From contig NMRA01000563.1 of NCBI GenBank assembly GCA_002633005.1, forward strand, positions 1 through 64,000: 64,000 nucleotides of DNA. The letters are read 5' to 3'. The notes under the pieces are model-generated. The model had not been told where the DNA came from, ran no database searches, and was given only the letters and a program-made list of their open reading frames with translations. Shown here one piece after another: positions 11,739 to 22,700 of the stretch; position 1 is the stretch's first letter, and every line of letters starts with the position of its first letter. The position numbers were made by a program, and so were the translations under genes. This DNA comes from Phoronis australis (lineage: Eukaryota > Animalia > Phoronida).

Positions 11739-13368
11739 CTTCCTACGGAATACAATGAAAATACAGTGAAGCTGGAACGGGAGAGCATGTTATGGACATG
11801 TCGTAAACATCTCCCCGCCTTAAGAGTCTTTTGTGTGTACTATTCGAGTTGTGGCCAGGCTGACTTGTTAGGTACCAAGAAGAAAAGTCCACCTGTTGAA
11901 AGATGTAATGAGCATGTGCCGTTGGCATGAATGCGAGAGTCAAGCATTCAAACCATGCTTCGAGAAGACAATGGCTCACTGGCAAGCGATTTAGAGAGGC
12001 TTTATACGACTGTACGTCACACACACGGAACCAGAAATTTACAACATGCAATTAGTGTAATTCGGTAGCAGCCCTTTGTTTACATAAACTTCGTGTGTAC
12101 CGCACGCTGGCTCTGTTTCGATAGGGTTGCGGGCTCCCGACCGTGTGCAGCATTCACACTTTCTGCTTGTATGCCCCTCTTCCCGCTGTCAAGTGTATTT
12201 CACTGATTATTTCACTATGCATCATGTTCATTTCACTTATTGTCTGATGATGAGACATGCAGTCTCCAAATATAGCAAATGTTTTAATTTGTTTGTTTGT
12301 TATGTCTCTCGGTTTTTTATTACATACCTGCAGACCTGAAGAAAGACGACTGTTCCGAAACTACGCGCATACCAGTATCAAGCTTGCAAATGAAAAGTCT
12401 AGTCATGTTTTTAACGAACATGCAATTAGAGGACTTTGATTTTAAAAATCCACGAATTATGAATTAAAGACTTTGATTTAGTGACTACTCATACATGTCA
12501 ACTATTTTTTTGCTTTGATCACTAATTTTTGTGAAGAAATATCGCACTAATGAAAACAAGTCAAATTTGTTCAAAATGGCAACAGAATGCATTTACATAC
12601 TTCAGGTAAGAACAAGGCCCTATTTGTGCAGATGTATCAGGTGTCCCAAAAAGTGAGTCACTTTTTGACAAGTAATTTCTCAGCAATTGACCATCCAAAT
12701 TCGTTCAAATTTTTCGTAATGTACAGGGATATACTTAGCCACTCGCCCAGTCGCCAATGCGAGTAAAAATGGTGCTGTAGAAGCTGACTTGCCGGTCGCC
12801 CAGGTGACGAGCGAATTTTCAGAGTGCAAAAACACTGTATCGTTTCCCCGATGAACATGAATAAATTTTCTCCTCCATGTGCTGTTTTTATCATGACTTT
12901 AAGGTTCAGTTTAGTCAGCGTGTCGAGTCTCCAGCAGTAAGAACATCGGCGCAGTGCGATGCTACCAATTCAGTAGATGTCACCCGATATGCGATTCGTC
13001 TAGACAAAAGAACACAGTACGTGGTCTTGCACAAAGGAATTTGTGGACTAGTCCGAAATGAAGAAAAGGGGGAAAGGCGGAAGACCGGTCCATGCGCTCG
13101 CAGCAAGTGAAATACCATTATTCTTGGAACTGATTTCTTATTGTAATCTGGGAGTGATATCATCCTAGTTGTAATGTACAATGCAATGTCATTTTAGCCA
13201 AAATTATTTTATAAATAATAACATTCTTTACTAATAAGCGACCATGCCCCTATAAGCGACCCCCCCGCACACGTTTTCAGACTTCACTAAACTAAAAGTC
13301 CAGTCCATGAATGTGTACATATGCGAAAAATGCCTTACCTACAGTTCTAAAATTCTACAGTAATGTCT

Positions 13369-13645
13369 TCAGATTATCAATAATATCCGACGATCCTGAA
13401 AAATCATTGTGCATGGAATTTCTAGACAACAAGCCTCACCGCTATTTTGGTATTTAACCATGGCTGTACACTTCAAAAAGAAGGCAAAAGTTCTGATCTT
13501 GCGAGGAACGTGTCCCACTATGGCCAGGTCTTTCAGAACAGACGCAGCGTACTTGTCAATGGGATTGTATTGTATCTTTCCCATACAGCTCTTCTCCCTC
13601 AACGGGAATGCAGATTACATTTGTACACGTAAAAAACGCGAATCG
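13369..13645 (-). pseudogene. Degenerate HIRAN-like ORF inside a TAAGCG(A/C)CC-type DNA element (~13225-17435)
   Basis: IRVFYVYK..PVEGEEL / NPIDKYAASVLKDLAIVGHVPRKI..FFL..LEIPC, frameshifted; TAAGCGACC sub-repeats at 13235-13267 and AAGCGCCCCC/TAAGCACCCTGGGC near 17385-17435. Confidence 0.6.
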
Positions 13646-14079
13646 AAACTTGACCAGTGTTAATAAGCACGTGGCCAAGAAGCGCAAGCTAGGGTCCACG
13701 TAAATGTTAGTATGTGGGCCAGCTGCTACCGAACTCTGACGACACACATGCGCTCACTCACTCGGCGCACACCAGCAGACTAACTTCAAAACAAACGTCA
13801 CGTGACAACAACATGTGTGTTCGTCCAGATTTTTCGCTTGTTGCAGGTGCGATCTAGCCCAGATTTGGACTGCGGTTAATCCCGACTCCACAGGAACTTG
13901 GAAAACTTTAAGGAGAATGCCACCCGATTTAATTACCATCTTAATAGGTCTATATCCACATCACCTCGTATACGGTCGATCTCACCTCGCCAAGAGGTAT
14001 CGCGTTAACCTGTGTCAGGAAGGTGAGAAACGACTCGGCAACGTCATTGGTTAATTCTTCTGCAGAGTGAGTATTGCTA

Positions 14080-14375
14080 TGGAGTGGTATTATCCCTCCC
14101 GCTTGTGCGAACTATGAAGCTACGAGGAAAGCAGGCATATCGTTTTTTCGATTTCCTCGAGAGCACAAAATGCTTCGGAAGTGGTTCGCGGTAGTGAAGA
14201 ATGAAAAGTACGTCGTAATACCATTTAAGTATGAGGCCGTGAAACTTCTCCGTGTCTGTGGCCGGCATTTCGTCTACAGTGATTTCACTGAAGATCGAAT
14301 GCCGGCTTACCAAACAGCTCATGCCAGGGCAGAAAAAGAGACTGAGTAAGGAATCAGATGTTGTGCCTAGTGACT
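14080..14375 (+). pseudogene. THAP zinc-finger domain relic
   Basis: CANY..ISFFRFP..RKWFAVV..RVCGRHFVYSDF, then frameshifted DVVPS (AVPT-box-like). Confidence 0.85.
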
Positions 14376-14531
14376 GTTTGGTTTCGGTAGGCAGGAGACA
14401 AAACAACGCGGATCGGTTGTTGCTCAGTTTTTGATTATGATGAATTGAAGCTGCATGGCCATGGAAACAAACAATTACAAGTAATTCAAGGCATGAGAAC
14501 ATAACGTTTTATAACCTGTTTGATGACATAC

Positions 14532-14880
14532 TCGTTCGTCAGGCTTCTGTTTGGACCTCTGGGTGTAGGATGTTTTCGCCAGTTCTTTTTCCTAGTCCAA
14601 ACGTCGTAAGCATACTTCTGTAAAGATGCGGTGCAAAATCAGGATGGTCCGTGAGACACATCTATGCTTCTCCAAGAAGGCGTTTCACTTACGGAATTTC
14701 ATGGCAGCAAACGCAAGCGTCAGTTATTGTTTCCATTATCGTGCAGTTAGCACACTGACACCATGATAAATCATTCAAACGGTTTTCGGAACTATCCATA
14801 TGTTCCGTTGTCTGTGCACGTTCACGGCGCCTCTCTTGTATTTCTTGATCAGTGAATTCCGGTTCGAACTCGTGTGAAAC
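14532..14880 (-). pseudogene. P2X7 cytoplasmic ballast/nanor-like Cys-rich domain relic (probable Kolobok accessory ORF)
   Basis: HEFEPEFT..NRLNDLSWCQCANCTIMETITDACVCCHEIP*..MCLTDHPDF with in-frame stops; ends at a NE|gtatgt donor-like site. Confidence 0.7.
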
Positions 14881-17800
14881 CTAGCGATCGACCTGTGAAG
14901 TCTTCGTCGGATGAACACTCGTCTAAGCCAGGATTGTGAGTTGCCACGCTCGACGTTTATTATTGTGCGCTATGTTTCAAAATGAATTATTCTCAACCTA
15001 AGCAATGCTTATATAAAACTGAAACAAAGACGCAATGAACTAATTGACAAGGCACCTTTATACCGGGAATAATACGCTTACAAGGAAGTCAGGCATTTCT
15101 AAAAATATGCGGAATTTTCACCGCTCGTCCTTCTGAGCGGCTTGTACCAGGATCAAAGAGAGCGCGGCGCTGGAATCAGGTACAATTTTGATGACCACAT
15201 TGCCTGATACGAGCAAGACCCAATTAAATGTTATTATCCGACCATGTATTAAACATCTCTGACTGTACATAATGGCGAATTTTCAAAATGCACTAACCAC
15301 TAATTTTTGTTATAAATGAACACCACGGCGATATTCAGCTGGAAAAAAACAACCAAGTACGGTTTTCCATTTTTAAAAATCGATGAACTAATAATCTAAA
15401 AGCTACAACCATTGAGTACGATTGAAGAAAAACTACCGCGCAGAGTTAATAATATCACATGCATTCATTTCTTAATATTCTTTCAATCTCGTTTAACCAG
15501 ATTTTTGACCAGGAAACAGTTGTTGTGCCCACTTTTCATTTTTTATTACTGACAAAGAGCTAGAATAGTTATATAGTCAGTGCCACCAAAATTGTCCAGA
15601 GATTCCAATTTTTACTAATCTGCAGTTTGGTAATCACCATATTTGCTCTTTTGTATAATATTTTATGATTTGAGTTTTAATAAAGATTTAACGTTAATGA
15701 CACATGAAATGTTTAGTGTACCTACAATATGATAAGTTTAGGGATGGGATCACAATGAACTTAACTAATTAAGTTTAGCTGGCGATCAAAATCTACCACT
15801 GTTTTGGTACTTCCAGTTTAAAACTTAGATAAAAAGTTATCAACCCCTTCCCGGTAAGAAAAAAAAACAAGTGGGCAGAAGCATTAAAATTAAATAAAGA
15901 AAACCAATATGAAACTTAACGTTCTTTTGGGAAGTGGCCCTTTGTGAAGATAAACACAAGTTAACCTTTTTAGTCATTTTGTAATATTTATAAAACCAAG
16001 TTAAAACTACTCTCCAGAGTTGCAGGCTATAACTCTGCAAATGTCTGAGAAAAACCAAATGGAGGGTACTAACAGACAACCATTGTTGAGACAGTAATGC
16101 TAGCAATTACCTTTCCACTTCATTAGCTCAGATCTACATCAATACAAAGGGTGTGCTGAATAGGCATCCTGAAAGTTGTCTGGGGCTTAGGGAATCAGAG
16201 CGCTCAGCAGTGTAAGGGAGAAATTCTCCACATGTTGGCCATGTGAGTGCATGCTAATTCAGTGTTTGCTGACAGAAAGCCGTTGTGAAACAATATCTCG
16301 ACTGTATGTCCTATGGTCAGATGTTAGGGGAGTAGATATTCATATACATTATTCGAATGATTGTTACTGTGCAACTTTTGCCCTGACGGTTTTGCTGTCG
16401 GCTAACTTGACGTCGCGGCCCGACGAGCTAGTAAGTAGATTTGCAGTTTTGCATCTAATTCACCAAAATAATCATGTGCACATTATTTCTGTGGCTCACT
16501 ATTATAGTCTTTTTATGACTGGAAGTTTAGTTTCTAACTTTGACTGGTTTATGTTAGTGATGTCTTCAGGCCGGCCGCGATGGGTCTGATCGGGTTTCAA
16601 GCCACTGGCCGGGATAACAAGCGTTTTTGTGTGTTTAGAACTGAAAAAACTCGCAAGTCTAAAATTACAACACACAGCTATGTTCCCCTGTCTGTATTTC
16701 GCGAATGAATAATTCAAATTTATCACTGAACAGAGCCCAAAGCTCCCACGACCGACCTTGGTAAGAACGACCTACCGAACTTTGTAGGCTACGGTATGTT
16801 CCAATACCTATAAATCCGTAACAGCGAAATAAAACAACACATTTGTTCAATAACTCGATTTACATCGAATTTTGTTGATTTTTTAATGTAAAACGATAAA
16901 CTCAACCGATAAGCTGACACTAGTAAGCGTGTTGTAAACTGCTGAACAAACTGCATTCGAACCTCGGACGTCATTGGTTAATTTCAACACCTCCGCCTGC
17001 CATCTTGTGTCAGGTAAAAGAACCGTACTTGCTGTTATCGAGTGGAACTACTTGATCTAAATTGATACAAAATAGGTTGTTTTTTGAGTGGCATTCTCCT
17101 TTAAGGAAGATTTCAGGTAATTTGTTGAGTCGAAACTGTATTTTTACACAAGAATTCAAGTTGCTTTATTGATGATCGCGAGGCAGCGACGCATCAGTCA
17201 GCAAGTTTTTGCCATGGGATTTCAGCACATTTTTAAAAACAAGATCGTAATTTAACAACAAAGTTTGATAGCAATGCACCACAGTTTTGTAGAAAGTCTT
17301 TCATATTTTACAGATACATCACAGCTTGTAAATTTGACTTCACCTGTTGTTGGAGACTGGGTTTCAACCGCCTTAGGCTACAACAAGCGCCCCCTTCCGA
17401 AACAAATTTTTCTAAGCACCCTGGGCTAATATGGTAGTTCTAATAGATGGTGACATCAACGCACGAAACGATGATTTTCATTGACCCTGGCAGCAAGTTT
17501 GTGGTGACAGATTCAGACGACCGGGCGAATGAATTTCAGGGTGGGCAAGTAGATTTTCTGGCTTACTCGCCCAGCTGGCGAGCAGGGTTTTGAAACCTGG
17601 GTATATCCCTGCCGTGAAAGACAGGATAATTATGTCACGAGAAGTAATCTCGATGGAAGAAATGCGGAAAAGCATTTCTGGTTGCGTTTAGTCCTGGAGG
17701 AAGATGGAGGCCACATTGAGCCCAGACTGAAACAACAGCTTCCCTTTGATATTTTATTATTTGACCTGAACTTTTTTAATTTGACAGCACTTGCACAATT

Positions 17801-18639
17801 GGACACAAATCTCTATTGGACACAGATCTCTAGCCAAAAAGTGGCTCACTTTTTGGGGACAACTGACATAATAATTTAAATTCAATCACGCTGCAATTCA
17901 ACAAAACGGTCATTTGAAAATGACAATAAAATATCTTAGCTAAAACGTACTTTCTACCTCCCCCCAATTAAAAGTTAATAACAGAAACTTGTGTCTTAAT
18001 TAAAAATCAGTCATAATGTCTCTGATTAAATGTCCACATCGTAAGTCAGAATGCCTATGATGTACATGTCTTCCTCAATTTCTTTCTGCCGTGGGACTAA
18101 CACATGTGTTAAAGTTTGTGAGCTACATCAAAGTGAAGTCTTTACTTAACTTACTTTGGACAGAATAGATTTTCTTAATTCGGGTTCGTTGGCCAATTTT
18201 GTTGATCCGTATCAGCATTTGACGACTATTATTGGTTTATGTTCAAACAGTTTACAACTATTATTTTTAATAGCCATGCAGCCCAAACAGGGTGGATACA
18301 GACGTCTTATCCAGGATTATCGAACAAAAGAGAGCTGGCCCTCCGGCATAAATACCATGACCACAATGGAGTATCCTGTAAGATATACTAGCTACACTGA
18401 TCAATTTTTGTTCGTTTGCTGTTTGATCACTTGAAACAAGTTGGAGTCAACGGGAGATATGCTGGTGGTCATTTTGGCAAAGCTCAACAAGAGAGCGCAT
18501 GTATGGTGAAGCACTACACCACTACGGAAATGGCAAAACTGTTAGCAAATACATCAAAAACATTGTATTGGTCGACATGTGTGACTATTGATTATGTTTC
18601 CATAAACAGTTCAAGACCAATACCAAGGCTCAAACACCA

Positions 18640-19155
18640 AGTCCAAGCCCAATTAGGCTGACTAAGCCCTGTGACCGAATAGAAGTCTGACCAAGCACCG
18701 GCTCCAGTCAGTGAACTCGGAAGGCTGACCAATTAAGACCTGGCTTGCGTTCAGTAGGCGCTAGGACCTACGCTAGGACCTAGCTAAAACCTAGTCAAAG
18801 TCAAGTGTTCTCATTTAAAATACACGACAATATTTCACGTAATCTCGTGAAGTCTTGCTTTTTAGCGAGGTCCTAGCGTTACTGAACGGGAGGCTGAAGT
18901 CGAAGGCTGACCAAGCCCTGCTGACTACAAAGCCCTGAAGGCTGACCAAGCCCTGAAGGCTGACCAAGCCCTGAAGGCCGACCAAGCCCAAGACAATCGC
19001 CCAAGGCTGCCCAACAAGGCCAAGGGCAAGGCCGACCACTGAGTCTGAATTTAACTGAAGTGAAGGCTGCCTGAGGCTGAGTGAAGGCTGAAGGTGAAGC
19101 CGCTGAAGGCAGCCCAGCCAGGCCAAACAATGAAGCCAAGGGCAAGGCTGCCAGT
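18640..19155. repeat. GC-rich block of short GAAGGCTGACCAAGCCCT-like repeats with an internal inverted repeat
   Basis: 18-bp units at ~18902-18990; CGCTAGGACCTAGCTAAAA (~18771) inverted at ~18861-18879. Confidence 0.7.
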
Positions 19156-19600
19156 GGTTCCTGGTTACGTAATCTATCCATATAGGAAACCACCTGGATA
19201 AAAAATCATCAAAATCCCCTAATGCATGTGTACCACTTACAAACATAAATTTTGAATCGCATTAATTGCAAGGCAAATATTACTTACTAACTCCCTTGCA
19301 GACGAAATTGTTTTTCCACTGACCGCAAGATGTCACTTGGACCCTTCATTTTTTAATTATTTTTATTAAGCTTTGAAACTTTGAAATAAAAAATTAGAAG
19401 TGTATCGTTCGAAAAACACAAAAGTATTCAATTTCTTTAAATTTTATTGTTTTGCATTTAGTGGAGAATGAGTGTTGATGGCGTGTGCGCATGACAGGAT
19501 GTTGTTGATAAAATTTCAGAGAAGTCCGTAAATCATGACTTGAGTGAATATTTTGAATATTTGCGACAAATTTCGCACTGCTTTTGCGTATAGCTTCAAC

Positions 19601-19702
19601 ATGACGGCTGCAGTAAGCCTGGATATTTCCAGAAGAAATCCCCAGGATGATTTCGAGTTAATACAACGAGTTGGAAGTGGAACTTACGGTGACGTTTACA
19701 AG
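19601..19702 (+). CDS. MAP4K3: MAP4K3/5 coding exon 1
   Basis: caac[37 protein letters not shown]|gtgtgt. Confidence 0.95.
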
Positions 19703-22700
19703 GTGTGTTCGAATAACTCGACAGTCGACTTCTAAAATGAGTAATTATTGACTTTTGGTTGTTGACATTTGTCATTTTGCCACTGGTAGGTTATAAAAAC
19801 TATCTTGCTTTCTTCCTATGGAATATGAAACTCCCTAAGCGTCGTTCATTTTGTTTTCATTTTATATTTTATCGAGACAAAACGTCACTATGTAAAGTTG
19901 TAATGTGAATTGCAAATTGAAAGTGCACTTGCCTTTAGCTGGCTAAAAAATGAAAATCGGATTAGATCCATTGCTCCCATGAAATTGGTCTTAAAGTATT
20001 CTTGGTGGAAGTAGTGTAGACGGTAATGTTGTAGATGTGTTTAGTGAATCATATGAGCCTTTGTTAGCCACTCACTAACGGCAATTGCCTATTATCAGTA
20101 TTATCTGAAGAATGGTTAGCATGTTCGTCGCTTTATGGGGGTCGCTGGTTCGATTTCCGGGTCGGGTAATCATGGCTATTACTATAATAGCTAGCCAGCT
20201 TGCTGTATGAAGACTATTGTGTAATACTGTGTTGAGTGCTGTCAGACCTCAAAATTTCTCACAGCCGGGGCAGTTCTGCTCGCCACCTGGTCATGAAACT
20301 TATATCAATATGTAGAGCTAACAGCCATCAGGGGTGCATGCAAAATTTGGGAGTCAATCATCACACACCTTGCCCGCAGCGATTTAAGTGAAAAACAACC
20401 TAATAAACATTTTCTTGCATAATTCTCCACCTTTTATGACAAAGAAATGTCTTTATCATTTTTGGAAACAGTTCGCTCATGACACGTGCACACACCATTT
20501 CCTTAAAGTTTGTGACATCTCCCAGTAGTTGATAACAGCTTCGCATCAGCAAAATTTGTTCTTCCCTCGTTGAGTGCCATAAGTCTAGCGAAATTATGTC
20601 AGTTCTCGAATGAAAAGTCCAAGTCACATAAATCGTACAAGTTCTTCCAGATATCTTCCTGTGTTACTTTTTGTCATTGTCAGCTGTCATGACATGCTCT
20701 TAGCTTACAGTAGTCTCTTGTCGTGGCCTAACTCTCGTGGTGTCAATTGAAATACTTTAAGGTTATCGTGCATGGTGAAAATGTCAACAATGACCAAAAC
20801 AGTGGAGCTGGAATTCTTAACCAAAGTCATTTTAATTCCCGTAGACTTGCTTCATTGGATATGTATAGAACCAGAAATTTTCGCTGAAGAAATTAATCGG
20901 TTTTTAAGTGCAAAATGTATTTTGACGAGGTGAAAACCTCTTATGTGGTGACTGGATTTGGACTACTGCTTGTTAAAATATACACAGGGATTAATCAACA
21001 CAGAGACGGATGGGAGTGTTGTAGCTTCCTATCATCCAGCGGAGGGGCCAGTAACCAGTTTTGCTGAACAACAATAATGGCAGTTATTCAGTGAAAACCC
21101 ATCTGTTGGACTTTCACCATATTCGTCTCTCTAAAAGGATTTGATGCCGTTAGTAACAACAACATCATAAAACTATCAGCGACTTTCTATAAAAAGTTTC
21201 CGAGTTTGTTGGGAACTTGAAGAAAATGTTGGTGACTGATTTTATGGGAAGAAGAGGTCCAATTCATTTTTTTGTTTTTCAGCCAGCTAAACAATAGAAA
21301 ATTTAGGCGATGGCACTTCCAAATCCCACCACCTCTACACAAGAACATTTCTGGAAATTGCACGTAATCCTGACTAAACTATCAAAGTCACGTTACCATG
21401 TGGACCTTTTGAATGTATATGGAAGCAGGTGGATTCTTAAATCCTTCTAGGCTCCTAGCTCAAGCGAAACTTTGTAACCACCATTTTTTTGATAGTCCTT
21501 CTTTCTGAAGGCTGAATTCCATTACAGTCTATGTGGAGTGTTATGGAGAGGTCACCCATCTGTCAGTCATGATGAGAGGGGGCAGCACAGATGGGAGACC
21601 TGTCTAAGGAAAATGCAGTTTTAACTATTGAGTAGAATTAATTAAGTCCGACTCAGTGCACAGTCAGGTCAGTACTTGTTGGTTCATCAACATGTGCCCT
21701 ATGGTGGTCCTATGGGAAACTTTTGCCAACTGATGAGAAAATGTGCCGAAAACACGAAAGTCCAATAAGTTCAAATTTACCTGTCAATAAACTTAACCTT
21801 TTTTGATGTTCTTTGATCCTGTACAATTCTAACCCTATTGCTATTTACTTGGCCTCTTGTTTACAAATGTCTTTGCCAGTGATGTTTTGTACGCCTATGT
21901 CACAACGTATTTCAGTCACCTGACCCACATAATTTTCATTTTTGTGACATAATACTGAACGGCTTATTATCTTAGTTCTGTAAATATTTTTGTACCCAGT
22001 CTGCTGTTCTAAGGACCAAAAAGAAAATTGTTTAAGCGTTCCCATTGCAGGACAAACGCTTGTCTACCACAAACAATGTATTGCCACGTATGTTGAAAAA
22101 TCTACTGACACCGAGACTTGAACCGGGTGTCAATCAAGCATCTAAACTGCTTAGACAAGAGCCAAGCGCCTCTTGACAAGCTGGTTGCAGTGACTTTGTT
22201 GGACTATCATGTCTGAAAGTCAAATGATGTAACTCTTCTTCCCCTTCCTGGCAATACCCTAGTGTCCAGGAATTTACCCTTAGCAACACTCGCACTTGCT
22301 CTGGAATTTCCCTTTGAGGATGCTCTCTTTGTGGCCTGGATCCACCAGTATCAGACTTGCACCCTCGCCATAGAACATCCATATACATCTTGGGATCTGC
22401 GTGTGACTCATGTTAGTTGGGTGCACGCCGATGTTGAAAAATCTGCAGACACTGAGACCTGAACTTGAGCTTACTGCACAAGAGTCGAGCTTCCAAACCA
22501 TTCAGCAAAGAGACAGATGCTTTCTCCACATTCCACCTGATTTATGGGAACAGGGATGATGCTTGAAACTTTCATATATTGTGCTACATGAACTTTTACA
22601 GTTAGGAAAGCCCTTGCCCTCTCTTATCCACCTGTCGAGGTCATGTGATCTTTGTTTGTAATCATTGATTCTTAAGTGTCAAAGCCATGGGGTCTTTTGG

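Larger units (their letters stand above)
13911..17100. mobile_element. Kolobok-like DNA transposon deletion derivative (innermost layer)
   Basis: TIR AGGAGAATGCCAC / GTGGCATTCTCCT, flanks TTTA and TTAA; convergent THAP and Cys-rich ORF relics. Confidence 0.75.
12724..17611. mobile_element. hAT-like (CAGGG-ended) element, second layer of the nest
   Basis: TIR CAGGGATATAC (12724) / GTATATCCCTG (17601-17611); subterminal ACTCGCCCAG motifs at both ends; no TSD recognised. Confidence 0.65.
12637..17866 (+). mobile_element. Tc1/mariner-like remnant, outer shell of a nested cluster
   Basis: TA|TCAGGTGTCCCAAAAAGTGAGTCACTTTTT and inverted copy AAAAAGTGGCTCACTTTTTGGGGACAACTGA; transposase-type C-terminal LRLVLEEDGGHIE at 17682-17720. 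Confidence 0.75.

Noticed and set aside
18815-19246. Minus-strand ORFs with GLVSLQ / GLGQPS repeats
   Set aside because: Translation of 18-bp repeats; no domain or exon structure
20105-20180. tRNA gene
   Set aside because: B-box present but no foldable cloverleaf; treated as SINE-like
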